NCBI GenBank assembly: GCA_001661245.1
Contig: KV454013.1
Coordinates: forward strand, 1,582,502 to 1,646,501
Source: Pachysolen tannophilus NRRL Y-2460
Lineage: Eukaryota
Direction: 5' to 3'
Length of the DNA stretch: 64,000 bases
Below, piece after piece: positions 52,918 to 64,000 of this stretch (the stretch's first letter is position 1; every line of letters starts with the position of its first letter). A program made the position numbers and the translations under genes. The notes beneath the pieces were generated by a model. It searched no databases, was not told the DNA's origin, and worked only from the letters and a program-made list of their open reading frames with translations.

Positions 52918-52929
52918 ATTTAGAAAAAA

Positions 52930-53586
52930 ATGGCTAGAAGACCAGCTCGTTGTTACAGATACTGTAAGAATAAACCATTCCCAAAATCAAGATATAATCG
53001 TGGTGTTCCAGACTCCAAGATTAGAATTTATGATTTAGGTAGAAAGAAGGCAACAGTTGATGAATTTCCATTATGTATTCATTTAGTTTCAAATGAATTA
53101 GAACAATTATCATCTGAAGCTTTAGAAGCTGCTCGTATCTGTGCAAACAAATATATTACTACTGTTTCTGGTAGAGATTCTTTCCATTTAAGAATTAGAG
53201 TTCATCCTTTCCATGTCTTACGTATTAATAAGATGTTGTCATGTGCTGGTGCAGATAGATTGCAACAAGGTATGAGAGGTGCTTGGGGTAAACCTCATGG
53301 TTTAGCTGCTCGTGTTGCTATTGGCCAAATTATCATGTCTGTTAGAACTAAAGATCCAAACAAGGATGTTTGTATTGAAGGTTTAAGAAGAGCAAGATAT
53401 AAATTCCCAGGTCAACAAAAAATTATTATTTCAAAGAAATGGGGTTTCACCAACTTGGACAGAGACCAATACGTTGTTAAACGTAATAACGGTGAAGTTA
53501 AAGATGATGGTGCTTTTGTTAAATTCTTATCAAAGAAAGGTCCATTGGAACAAAATTTGAGACAATTCCCAGACTTTCAATATTAA
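52930..53586 (+). CDS. RPL10: 60S ribosomal protein L10 (uL16)
   Basis: [35 protein letters not shown]. Confidence 0.98.
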   Translation: MARRPARCYRYCKNKPFPKSRYNRGVPDSKIRIYDLGRKKATVDEFPLCIHLVSNELEQLSSEALEAARICANKYITTVSGRDSFHLRIRVHPFHVLRINKMLSCAGADRLQQGMRGAWGKPHGLAARVAIGQIIMSVRTKDPNKDVCIEGLRRARYKFPGQQKIIISKKWGFTNLDRDQYVVKRNNGEVKDDGAFVKFLSKKGPLEQNLRQFPDFQY

Positions 53587-53903
53587 TTAATGAATCTTTT
53601 TAACAAAGAAAAAAAAAAAATAAAAGAAAGAGAAAAGAGAATTTTTTTTATTATAAATATATAAAGGAGAAGATCATTTTCATTTTGTATTTCGTATATA
53701 TTTCTTCTTTTCATATATCCAAAAAATGAATAAAAGAATCTACTTTTAATCATAATAATAGTAGTAGTAATAGTAGTAATAGTAGGTAGTAAGTAGTAGG
53801 TAGTAGTGTAATATCTTGAAGCAACTTTTTAAATAGTATAAAAAACGTAGCCGTATCTAATTAACTAACTAATAATAAATAGATAAAAATTATATAAAAA
53901 GAT

Positions 53904-54572
53904 ATGATGTTTAATGGATTAAAACTGAGATCATCTCTTGGATTGAAATCTAATTTTAATCCATCTTATTCTTTAATAATTTATAAAATTATTTTTAAAA
54001 AAAAATTTCATTCAACAATACCAAAAAATTTAAATTCAAATTTTGATACTCAACATTTTGTTGAAGAATTAGAACAAAATGGATTTACATCAAAACAATC
54101 ACAAACACTGGTTAAGATTTTTACAGATTCAATAAATGATTCATTTAAAATTTTTGGTTCAAATTTAATTACAAAAGAAAAACTTTCAAAATTATCATAT
54201 CAACAAAAAGTTGATTTTGCTAAATTAAAATCTGAATTACAAACAACTGATAGATCAGAATTTAATAAAATTAAAAATGAATATGAATATTTAAAAGATG
54301 ATTTAGAAAAAGTACGAATCAAATTAAAAGAAGAAATCAATAGATCACTTTCTTCAGTAAGACTTGATTTAAATTTAGAAAAAGGTAGAATTAGAGAGGA
54401 AAGTTCAATACATGATTTAAAGATAAAGGAAACAGATACTAGAATAGATCAAGAAATATCAAATATTAAAATGCAAATCGATAGTGTTAAAACACAAGTC
54501 ATGCAATGGTTAATTGGTGTTTGTACAGGTACGTTTGCACTAGTCTTGGCCTATGTAAGGTTAATGACATGA
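53904..54572 (+). CDS. FMP32: Mitochondrial CCDC90/DUF1640 coiled-coil protein
   Basis: FDTQHFVEELEQNGF, YQQKVDFAKLKSEL, VRLDLNLEKGRIREE, C-terminal TM segment; adjacent to SEC53. Confidence 0.88.
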   Translation: MMFNGLKLRSSLGLKSNFNPSYSLIIYKIIFKKKFHSTIPKNLNSNFDTQHFVEELEQNGFTSKQSQTLVKIFTDSINDSFKIFGSNLITKEKLSKLSYQQKVDFAKLKSELQTTDRSEFNKIKNEYEYLKDDLEKVRIKLKEEINRSLSSVRLDLNLEKGRIREESSIHDLKIKETDTRIDQEISNIKMQIDSVKTQVMQWLIGVCTGTFALVLAYVRLMT

Positions 54573-54815
54573 ATGAATTTATATCATTCATTTTCTTTTT
54601 TTCAAATAAATTGTAAACATTTATATACCTACATATATATTTATATATATTTATAAACTTGTGTAATAAAAATCGGTTGCTAAAAAATTAAAACAATTAC
54701 AATATATCTTGATAACAAAAGAAGAAGAAGAAGAAGAAGAAAAACAAACTAAATTAAAAAAACTGAAGAACACGCAAAAAAAATTTTTGTTGTCTTATCT
54801 TGTTGTTGTGAGTTA

Positions 54816-55571
54816 TTAGATTTTAAATAATTCTTTTAATTGTTTAGCAGTATCTTCTGGTGAAGTAACTGCATGACCAATTGTTCTGCTATCAGAGTAA
54901 ATTTCCCAATCGTTACCACCTTCGTAAGCTTTATCACCAAAGAAATGAATTTCGTTAAAACCTTCATTTGCAACGTGTTGTAAACAATAAGTCTTATCCC
55001 AACCTGTTGGAAAAACATCAAATGAAATTTGACCACCAATTGAGTAAGTCAACCCTAAATCAGCAAAATTTTTCTTTAAAGCTTGAACCATAGTTTTTCT
55101 TACTCCTGATTCTTTATCAAATTTTTCAAAATCCAGTCTTTCCTGTGTTGAAGCATTTCTACCAATTGGTGAAACGTTAATCATTCCATTTCTAAATTCG
55201 ATAAATGTACCTCTTCTAACAGGTAAATCCAAATCAGATAAATATCTCAAGATAAATTTGGCCAATTCATTATATTTTTGTTCACCAAGCCAATTAATAA
55301 AAGATTGTGAAGCTAATTTCTGACCTTCTTTATAAGCAGTCAATCCATTTTCTGAAAAACAAAAATCAAATTCAGCCAATACATCAGCACCCAATTGTTC
55401 AACCTGTTTCGATAAATCAGATCCACCAACAAACCCAATAACAACTTTCTTCCTCAAGTCAGACAACAATTGCCTCATCTCAGGTGAAACAGTCAATCTA
55501 GCTGGTGTCAATGTTCCATCAACATCAAATAACACCAAAGTGTTTGGACGTTCTCTATCTGAAAATGACAT
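54816..55571 (-). CDS. SEC53: Phosphomannomutase
   Basis: [48 protein letters not shown]. Confidence 0.97.
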   Translation of the reverse strand: MSFSDRERPNTLVLFDVDGTLTPARLTVSPEMRQLLSDLRKKVVIGFVGGSDLSKQVEQLGADVLAEFDFCFSENGLTAYKEGQKLASQSFINWLGEQKYNELAKFILRYLSDLDLPVRRGTFIEFRNGMINVSPIGRNASTQERLDFEKFDKESGVRKTMVQALKKNFADLGLTYSIGGQISFDVFPTGWDKTYCLQHVANEGFNEIHFFGDKAYEGGNDWEIYSDSRTIGHAVTSPEDTAKQLKELFKI

Positions 55572-56136
55572 CTTTTAAATTTTAATTAGCAAACGATTAA
55601 AAAAAAAAAGAAAAAAAAAAGACCAAGTTTTAACTTCAACAACAAGTTAACAACGAGAAATATACAGATATTTATATATTTATATATTTATGTATTTACT
55701 TATATTAAATTGGAAGAAATAGTTTCAAAGAAAACGTGGAATTTTTATATGTATACGTTTTCCTAAGATGCTGGCTGGCATAAAATTTCATCTCTTTTTC
55801 GGTGGTTTGGCTGTGAAAAATTCTAAATGAAAAAAAATTACAAATTTTAAAACTGAAATCGAACCAAGGACACATTGCTTACAATTCTAACATGTGGTGC
55901 AATGTGTGGTGTGAGATGGTGTAAGTGGTGTAAGACGTTGGATTATGGTGTACGGTATTTACATTTATTTTATTATAATACAATGTTTAAATAATACATA
56001 TTTTCTATTTGCAAATTCTTTATTTAATAAATATTGGAAACCCCTCCATATATATAAGTCAAGTATAATTTTCCCCAAAAACCTTTAGAAAAATAAAAAA
56101 AATAAAAAAAAATTTAAGATAAATAAAATAATGTCA

Positions 56137-57840
56137 TTATAATGTAGGATCTTCCGAAAGAATCCCAATATTTGCATCTCTTTCTTGATCAAAGGCAATC
56201 ACTTCCTCTGAAACAGGTCTCATGAGTAAACTAGAAATTAACGCAATAGAGGAGAGACCGCCAGCTATACAGAAAACGGTGCGAGGATTTGTTTCCACAG
56301 TTTTCGAATATAGTGACATCAAGAGACTAGGCAGAACCAACAGTACTAAATTATTTAAAAGTGACACTGCACCTAACATTTCACCAACTTTCCCCGGCGG
56401 TGTATATTTGATGATAGCAGATTTGATGGTAGGAGTGTGCAATGATCCAAATGATATAAGAATTGAACCTAACAGCAATGATTTTGAAGAAGTGGCAATG
56501 ATGAAAAAAAAATCACCAATAACTTCAATACTTATTGCAACTCTTACTATTATTAGATCCACCATATCAAGATGTTTTCCAGATGATGTATAAAATTTTC
56601 TAACAAACTTCAATAAGATTGGAGTTATTACCAATAGTACAACTGACCTTGAGGCCATTTCTAATGTTAAATAGTAATTCATGGATATAGCATCCCAATG
56701 GAAAACATAAGTACCATACAAAACTGAAATGCTCAGAAATACAAAAATTGCAACAACAGTACAACACTCAAATACCAAAATTAATAAAAAATTGATCCTT
56801 CTTTGGTAATTAACCGTTACACCATCTTCTTCATATTTGTCTAACCAAAACAATCGAAATGGTGAAAAAAAATTGATAACGTGGAAAAATCTTGAAGATG
56901 ACAAAGACCACTTATTATCACCATCCAGTGAAGAAAGTCTACTTTCACGTGATTGCTTGAAATCATTTATAGATTTCCTTCTTTCAAGCAAACTTCTTGA
57001 TTCAGGAAGTAAAAACATTATATAGAGTAAAGCAATTAAACAAATTGTTGGCTCAGCATATATTACGGACATCTTACTATTTGTTATCTTCAACATTAAA
57101 TTTCCCATCTGTGGTGCTAGGGCAATAGCAATACTACTTGATGCACCTACAAGTCCCATACTGTAAACTCTTGACTTATCATCAACAATATCTGAGACAT
57201 AGCTGTTTATCATACAGATACAAACAATAGTTCCACCACCAATATTCAGTGTAAACTCGGCAAAAATTAGTAAACTTTTATGAAACACTTGCTGATTTGG
57301 AGAAATTAAATTAATTTCCATTAATTTGGATATTAATGAAAACGATATTGTAATTATTAAAATCGGTTTTCTACCATAATGATCACTAAGTTCACCAAGT
57401 TTACCAGAAACTAAAGCCGATATCAAGTTTGCACCAAACATAGATACTGTCTGTAATTCAGAAATCAGTTTTTGTGAGTCTGCATCGGAACATTTATAAT
57501 CCGGATTTATTCTTTTTCCATCTCTACAAACTAATTCGAATATTAATTGAAGCATTGAAGCAGAAGCAATAGATACCGATAACGAATAAATGAATGTTAA
57601 ACCAATAACCAAGGACAAACTTGGTCTTGTCTTGACGCGAAACCATTTTATCCTATCAATGGATTCACTGAACCAATCTGGCTCATAAAGTTCATTATCA
57701 ACATCAACTGCATTTTCCGGAACATGAAAACCGGATCTATTATCTCCATCATTCTCTCCAGCATAAATGCTACCACGTGAGGAAACCTCAACAGATGAAT
57801 TTTTTGAAATCAAGTGTTCCGTATTCTTTGTGCCATCCAT
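56137..57840 (-). CDS. Major facilitator superfamily transporter (SLC46/YJL163C-like)
   Basis: About 12 hydrophobic segments; motif A GELSDHYGRKP; LPES. Confidence 0.85.
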   Translation of the reverse strand: MDGTKNTEHLISKNSSVEVSSRGSIYAGENDGDNRSGFHVPENAVDVDNELYEPDWFSESIDRIKWFRVKTRPSLSLVIGLTFIYSLSVSIASASMLQLIFELVCRDGKRINPDYKCSDADSQKLISELQTVSMFGANLISALVSGKLGELSDHYGRKPILIITISFSLISKLMEINLISPNQQVFHKSLLIFAEFTLNIGGGTIVCICMINSYVSDIVDDKSRVYSMGLVGASSSIAIALAPQMGNLMLKITNSKMSVIYAEPTICLIALLYIMFLLPESRSLLERRKSINDFKQSRESRLSSLDGDNKWSLSSSRFFHVINFFSPFRLFWLDKYEEDGVTVNYQRRINFLLILVFECCTVVAIFVFLSISVLYGTYVFHWDAISMNYYLTLEMASRSVVLLVITPILLKFVRKFYTSSGKHLDMVDLIIVRVAISIEVIGDFFFIIATSSKSLLLGSILISFGSLHTPTIKSAIIKYTPPGKVGEMLGAVSLLNNLVLLVLPSLLMSLYSKTVETNPRTVFCIAGGLSSIALISSLLMRPVSEEVIAFDQERDANIGILSEDPTL

Positions 57841-59995
57841 GGTTCAGATAAAACACTTTAGAGAAAAATAAAAAAAACCAATGCAAAAGAATCTAAAAGA
57901 ATCCAAAAGACGGAAAGAAATCAATTTTTATTATTCCTCTCTTCCTTACTATATATAAACTGTCCATCCAGTTAGTTTCAGGGCGCAATTTATTGTGACT
58001 GCCACTTACAAATGCGGAATTAATGCAATATTATGCATGGAATAAATAGTATGTATTATTTTAAATTTAGCAAAAAGGGCAGAGTGAGTTGAGAACAGTG
58101 GCACCAGTATAGAATAAGGTTGTAAAAAGGAGTGATTTGAAATGGTCAAAGATGATACGGCCTTCTCTATAGCTATTATTTATCTTCTGACGCATATATA
58201 TTGTTTAAACAAGCACCTTTTTGTATCTTGTCCTTTGATGTCACTAATTTTTCTTTCTTTTTTTTTTTTTTTTTTTCTTATCTAGATTTTAGACTTATCT
58301 TTTTATCATACTTCTTTTTTTAAAGTTAGGTTAACAGCCACAATATTTCTTTATCTAATGATTGTAGCGATTATCTAGGAAGCTGAGAAAGAAGCAAAAA
58401 ATGACTACTCATACAAGAAATTAGTTTTTAAAAAAAATGAATTTAAGCTTTCTAAGTTGAAAAAGTATTTATAACCGTGATAGGTTTTGTAACAAATGGT
58501 AGGTTATTTATTTGAACAATGGTCTCGAGAGAAGCGGAGGGGGTTTCTTGATTGCCACTCAATACTATTTTGAAAAGGAACTCGTTTTTTTAGATAAAAC
58601 TTTAAAAGGAAATATCTTGTTTGCAAAGAATACAACAAAAAGCTAAGTCTCAGTCAGTATTTGATATGTTTATGCGGCTTAATTATGCAACCACAGACCT
58701 TTCCACCATTTGACAATACAAAAAATTTACCTTGGTCTTTTAAAAGATACAAGGTTAATAATATCTGTCTAACAGCCATCATCGTTAGTAGATGCTAACG
58801 ATATCTTTTTTTTTTTGATAAATGGAGATAGATGCTGGAAACAGACAGCAGCTCCTCAATACGAATGAAAAAAATTTCTTTACATATGCATGTTTCTGCA
58901 ATTTGTGATGTGCCAAAAAAAGTTTCAAGTGGACTAGGACAGACTTTAGAAATGATAAATCCGTAAAAACACGATTATAGTAAGTATAATTTGAAATCGT
59001 TGCTAGATGTGATGTGATCTGATTTATGAAAGAAACATAGAAAGAAGTTAGCAGAAATGTGTTGGTATAAAATGATAGGTTTTTTTTGAGGCTTATTGTG
59101 CTTACTTTTGAAGATATCAATGTGTTGCTCCATGGATCCATGTCATTTTCAAGATATAGATGTATATCCAGTTATTAATCAAATCTTGAATATATTTGCT
59201 TTAAATGATCAAGAATTTAAATATAGAAAACGAAAATTATGGTGAGTACTGATGCTGGTTGGTTAGAATTCAAAATAACCTTTCTTTTTTTTTTTTTTTT
59301 TTTTTTTTTTTGTTGTTGTTGTTTTACCTTCTGGGCTACGTCGTTTTATCATTTGAACCTATTTTACATCAAAATGATAAGGTCTGTTCCAATGCCGCAA
59401 AACCAAGTAATCTTAACCGAACTGATAGCAAATTCAATGAGTTATCAAGAGCCAGCTCAATAAGAGAGAGTACTTACCTACTTTGCAAATCTTTTAAAGT
59501 ATAAACCGAATGATAATTTATTTTACTTAACTCGAAATTGGCTAAATTCAATGAACGCTATAACTTGTTCCATACAGGAAACGGCGTCGCCACTTATCAC
59601 TTACTCGTTTATGAAATTAAATATCAATCAATATTAAAAAGAAAGAAATAAGCCTACATGTAGCCCAATGTGTTTAATACCGGCAAACTACATTAACTCC
59701 GAAACGGTCATAAAGAATCTATCTAAACTCTGCACTAATAGATGATAAAAGAAAGACATAAGTGCCCTGTTGATGCAGAAGTTCAATTAGGTTGTGATAT
59801 AATAATTGAACTTTCTTGACCTTTTCATCTCTTTTTTAATTGTTTAATGCGGTTTCAAGCAGCCCTTCGATGTGGCAAAAGTTTGTGAATTGAAAACCTT
59901 ATAATAGATCAAATTTTCTTTATTAAAAATTATTTTTTTTTTACTTTCTTGAAAACTTGATATTGTTTTAATGTCTAATTGGATGACAAGTAAAT

Positions 59996-62900
59996 ATGAG
60001 TGCAAGAGATATTGAGAAGCAAGATTTATTGGAGAGTTTAAAAGCACAAAAGAGATTCTTGTCAGTGTTTTTTCCAAAAGAAATTCCACCTTTGCCCTCT
60101 GAAGCAGAAAGAAATCCGTATCCAGCTTCAGATGTTAATATATTTTCCAGAATTTTTTTTTATTGGTTGAATAAACTTTATGTTAAAGGTTATAGAAGAA
60201 CTTTAGAGCCTGCTGATTTATGGTACTTGGCAAATGATTATGAAGTTAATCATTATTTTGAAAGGTTTAATTCTCACTACCAGTTGCTGTTGAAGAAGAA
60301 ACTGGAAAATTATGCCCTTATCAATGAGAGCATTTATCAGCAGGATGATGTTCTTGATGAACTGTCAAAGGAGAGATCTAAGAAGTTAACAAGTTTGCAT
60401 ACAAATATTGTTGTACTTTGTGTTTTCAAAACTTTTGCCAAAGAAATTGTACTTGTTTGGTTATGTTTTTTATTTGCAATGTTTTCTTCTGCTGGAGCAG
60501 CTATTTTTTCTAAATATTTAATACTATTTGTTGAATCAACCACAAGTTCTATAGGTGCTGGTGTTGGATATGCTATTGGTACAAGTATATGTACTTGGTT
60601 ACTATCTGTTGGAGAAAATCAATTTTTCTATAATGCTCAAGTGTTGTCCTATAAAGTTTCATCAATTTTAATCAAATTGACCATGACAAAAGCATTGAAA
60701 TTGGATGCTAGAGGTAGATTTAAATATCCATCTTCCAAGATATCGAGTATCATTGGCGGTGATTTAAGTAGAATTCAAGATGGTTGCCTTTATTTTATAG
60801 CATTATTGGGTGTTCCTTTACCTTTAATCTTATTTATAGGTATCTTGATTTGGAACATTGGTGTTTCTTCCTTGGCAGGTATTGGAGTTTTTCTTTTACT
60901 TATTGGTTGTACACTGCTGTTCGCAACGAAATTGTTTTCCTTGAGACTGGATATAAATATCTGGTCCGATAAACGCTTGCTGTATATCAAAGAAATCTTG
61001 AATAACTTTAGAATTATCAAATATTATACATGGGAAAATTATTATTTCAAAAAAATTTATGATGTCAGGAAGAAAGAAATGAATTATGTATTTACCTCCC
61101 AATTCATAAGAACGGTCATGATTTCTATAATCATTTCTTCAACTTATTTGAGTACCATGATCTCTTTCTTGGTATTATACTATAGTAAGAGTAGTAAAAG
61201 AAATGTTGCTAATATATTCAGTTCTATTTCCATGTTTAATATATTGTCAACTTTAATAGCCGCTTTCCCATTTTTTGTTTCAAGCTCAACCGATGCATAC
61301 GCAGGTCTTAAGAGATTTGGTGAACTCTTCAGTTGTGGAGAACTGGATGAAAACTTGTTATTGAAATATAATGACATTGAGGATGACTTGGAATTTGAAG
61401 ACGAAAATTTCAAAATGCGCAAAGGAAGTAACGAACCAGCCATAAAAATCGAAAATGCTAGCTTTGAGTGGGAAACTTTTGAAATTGATGATGATGATGT
61501 TGATGTTGAAAATGAAAAAGAAGAAAAGAAGACCAAGAAGAATAAGAAAAAGTGTAAGAAGAACAATGAAAATGAAAATAAGAACCAAGAACTGAAAATT
61601 TCGAAACTGAAAGATTTCAGTTTGATAGATCTTAATTTATCTATTGATAGAGGAGAATTTATAATTGTGACAGGTGTAGTTGCAAGTGGTAAATCTTCAT
61701 TATTGAATGCCATGTCAGGTTTCATGAAATGTATTGAAGGTTCAATTGAAGTTAATGACTCAATATTACTCTGCGGCGAATCCTGGGTACAAAATGCAAC
61801 TATTAAAGACAATATTTTGTTTGGAAAAGAGTACGACAAGAAGAAATATAAAGAAGTATTATATGCTTGTGACTTGACTGCCGATCTTAAAAACTTCCCG
61901 GCTGGTGATAATACGGAAATTGGAGAAAGAGGTATAACTTTGTCCGGTGGTCAGAAAGCAAGGTTGAGTTTAGCAAGAGCATGTTTCGACTCTAAAAACA
62001 TAATTTTAATGGATGATGTCTTGAGTGCAGTTGATGCTAAGGTAGGTAAGCATATTATGGAAAATTGTATCTTGGGATATTTGAAGGATAAAACTAGAAT
62101 TTTGGCTACTCATCAGTTATCATTAGTTGGAGCAGCAGACCGTGTTATTTTTCTAAATGGTGATGGTACAATAGATGTTGGAACAAGCCAGGAGTTACTT
62201 GAAACTAACGAAGGATTCATTTCATTAATGCAGCATGCAACTGATAATAATAATGAAGATTCAATAGTTGAAGCAGAAGAAGTGGAAGCAGGTAAAGATG
62301 AATCGCAGGATTTACTTCGTATTAGATCTACTAAGTTAATGGTTACTACTTCAATCCAAAGTATCGATGATAATGAGCTGAAATGTATAGGAAAATTAGT
62401 AGAAGTGGAAGAAAGAGCAGTTAATTCAATTCAATATGATGTTTACAGAAATTACGTGAAATTAGGTTCAGGAATTTTTGGAGTTTTCTTTCTTCCTGTT
62501 TTGTTTGTTATTCTTTCTTTGGGTATCTTTGCTTCTATATTTCAAACTGTTTGGTTGTCATATTGGACTGAGTATAGATTTTCAAGTTTAACCAATAATG
62601 AGTATGTGGGCATATATATCGCAATCAATATTGCTACCATCATTTTTGTGTTATGTATCAATACATTATTGGTTTATATATCTAATAACGCAGGAAGATT
62701 ATTGACTGTTAAAGGTGTTGAAAGGTTACTTCATGCCCCAACATCTTTTATGGATTCAACTCCGATGGGAAGAATTTTGAATAGGTTTACCAAGGATACA
62801 AACTGTGTTGATATTGAACTTAGTGAATATTTAAGATTATTTGTAACTCCGGTTGGACTAGTTGTTGGAACTGTTATACTTTCGATTGTTTATATTCCAT

Positions 62901-64000
62901 GGGTTGCTGTTGCTGTTCCGTTCTTTGCTTTCATATTTTTCTGTATCACAAATTATTATCAAGCATCATCGAGAGAAATCAAGAGATTGGAAGCGGTACA
63001 AACTTCTTTCGTTTTTAGTCACTTCAATGAAACGTTGAATGGTATGAATACTGTGAAGGCATATAAGGCTGAAAAAAGATTCAAGTCGAAAAACGACTTT
63101 TATATAAACCAAAGAAATGAAGCATTGTTTCTTACGACAGCCAACAATTCCTGGATAAAGATCAGTTTAGGAACTTTTTCTTCATTATTCATTTTATTTG
63201 TGAGTCTCTTATGTGTGCTGGGAGTATTTAGCTTAGGTGCAGGAGCAACAGGTGTTTTGTTGAGTAATCTTTTGAACATAGCTGATCAATTGACCACTGC
63301 TTTGGTGCAATTCACGAATTTGGAAAATTCCATGAATTCTGTTGAAAGACTTTATCATTATGCATTTAAACTACCCCAGGAAGCAGCTTATGAAATTCGG
63401 GAAACTCAGCCTAGTCCACAGTGGTTGACTGTTAATAGCAATATTGAATTCAGAAATGTTTTCATGCAATATTCAAAAAATTCTCCATTTGTTTTAAACA
63501 GGTTGAATTTTGAAATAGGTACAGGTGAAAAAGTCGGTATCTGCGGTAGAACTGGAGCAGGAAAGTCATCAATCATGACTGCCTTATACAGATTATGTGA
63601 GATAACAGAAGGAGAAATTATTATTGATCAAGTTGATATTTCTAAAATTGGATTGGAGACTTTAAGAAGCCATTTAGCTATCATTCCTCAGGATCCAATT
63701 ATGTTTTCTAGTACTTTAAGGAAAAACTTAGATCCGTTTGATAAGTTTTCAGATGATAAATTGTATGATGTTTTAAAAATTGTAACTTTGGTAGATGATA
63801 TTGAGAAAGTTAAGAGACAGGATGGGTATCATGGTGAAACTTTGCACAAGTATAACCTAAACCAATCAGTATCAGAAGCAGGTTCGAATTACTCTTTAGG
63901 TGAAAGACAATTAGTATCATTAGCAAGAGCTATTTTACATGACTCAAAAATCTTAATTATGGATGAAGCTACATCTTCAGTTGATTACGACACAGATGAA
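59996..64000 (+). CDS. YOR1: ABCC/MRP-type ABC transporter, YOR1-like; 3'-truncated and absent from the ORF track
   Basis: ATG at 59996 (MSARDIEKQ...KRFLSVFFPKEIPPLPSEAERNPYP); NBD1 GVVASGKSS, LSGGQKARLSLARA, MDDVLSAVD; NBD2 GRTGAGKSS, YSLGERQL, MDEATSSVD at the window end; start and end share a frame. Confidence 0.88.
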   Translation, partial: MSARDIEKQDLLESLKAQKRFLSVFFPKEIPPLPSEAERNPYPASDVNIFSRIFFYWLNKLYVKGYRRTLEPADLWYLANDYEVNHYFERFNSHYQLLLKKKLENYALINESIYQQDDVLDELSKERSKKLTSLHTNIVVLCVFKTFAKEIVLVWLCFLFAMFSSAGAAIFSKYLILFVESTTSSIGAGVGYAIGTSICTWLLSVGENQFFYNAQVLSYKVSSILIKLTMTKALKLDARGRFKYPSSKISSIIGGDLSRIQDGCLYFIALLGVPLPLILFIGILIWNIGVSSLAGIGVFLLLIGCTLLFATKLFSLRLDINIWSDKRLLYIKEILNNFRIIKYYTWENYYFKKIYDVRKKEMNYVFTSQFIRTVMISIIISSTYLSTMISFLVLYYSKSSKRNVANIFSSISMFNILSTLIAAFPFFVSSSTDAYAGLKRFGELFSCGELDENLLLKYNDIEDDLEFEDENFKMRKGSNEPAIKIENASFEWETFEIDDDDVDVENEKEEKKTKKNKKKCKKNNENENKNQELKISKLKDFSLIDLNLSIDRGEFIIVTGVVASGKSSLLNAMSGFMKCIEGSIEVNDSILLCGESWVQNATIKDNILFGKEYDKKKYKEVLYACDLTADLKNFPAGDNTEIGERGITLSGGQKARLSLARACFDSKNIILMDDVLSAVDAKVGKHIMENCILGYLKDKTRILATHQLSLVGAADRVIFLNGDGTIDVGTSQELLETNEGFISLMQHATDNNNEDSIVEAEEVEAGKDESQDLLRIRSTKLMVTTSIQSIDDNELKCIGKLVEVEERAVNSIQYDVYRNYVKLGSGIFGVFFLPVLFVILSLGIFASIFQTVWLSYWTEYRFSSLTNNEYVGIYIAINIATIIFVLCINTLLVYISNNAGRLLTVKGVERLLHAPTSFMDSTPMGRILNRFTKDTNCVDIELSEYLRLFVTPVGLVVGTVILSIVYIPWVAVAVPFFAFIFFCITNYYQASSREIKRLEAVQTSFVFSHFNETLNGMNTVKAYKAEKRFKSKNDFYINQRNEALFLTTANNSWIKISLGTFSSLFILFVSLLCVLGVFSLGAGATGVLLSNLLNIADQLTTALVQFTNLENSMNSVERLYHYAFKLPQEAAYEIRETQPSPQWLTVNSNIEFRNVFMQYSKNSPFVLNRLNFEIGTGEKVGICGRTGAGKSSIMTALYRLCEITEGEIIIDQVDISKIGLETLRSHLAIIPQDPIMFSSTLRKNLDPFDKFSDDKLYDVLKIVTLVDDIEKVKRQDGYHGETLHKYNLNQSVSEAGSNYSLGERQLVSLARAILHDSKILIMDEATSSVDYDTDE

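Noticed and set aside
55853..55870. B-box-like GGTTCGATTTC on the minus strand, possible tRNA
   Set aside because: No cloverleaf or A-box at suitable spacing; at most an isolated TFIIIC site.
57900..59990. Pseudogene or LTR in the 2-kb MFS-ABC intergenic region; small hairpins at 58781 and 59779
   Set aside because: No recognisable protein motif or LTR boundaries; stems of 8-11 bp are plausible by chance in AT-rich DNA.
462..61839. Many short antisense, overlapping or poly-F/poly-K ORFs, including those at 60337-61839 within the ABC gene
   Set aside because: Shadows of real genes or low-complexity intergenic DNA, with no recognisable motifs.

Overview
AT-rich, intron-poor budding-yeast chromosomal DNA from a draft assembly with six N-gaps. 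CTG codons fall repeatedly at positions where I recall homologues having Ala (SUA5, GPH1, SPF1, NDK1). This indicates a CUG-Ala yeast (Pachysolen/Nakazawaea type), so the supplied ORF track probably mistranslates CTG as Leu. The window opens with a tandem array of at least four paralogous coiled-coil + GCR1_C (Msn1/Hot1/Gcr1-type) DNA-binding genes in an alternating A-B-A-B subtype pattern, the most unusual structure here. The rest is mostly conserved housekeeping genes: PMR1, SPF1, SUA5, SEC4 (spliced, truncated by a gap), BMT6, an NCW1-like small ORF, MRPS16, RRP12, a divergent TCP11-like gene (5' end duplicated across a gap, probably an artefact), a MetR/Met28-like bZIP, KEX1, GPH1, a Myb/trihelix protein, NDK1, eIF2A (spliced), OTU1, a full AMSH/RFU1, BUD20, RPL10 (5'-UTR intron), FMP32, SEC53, an MFS transporter and a YOR1-like ABC transporter running off the end. 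Non-coding points of interest are dense Mcm1/CArG clusters, a perfect 38-bp palindrome and a possible non-AUG extension of SUA5. All homology calls are from motif recognition and memory, not database searches.
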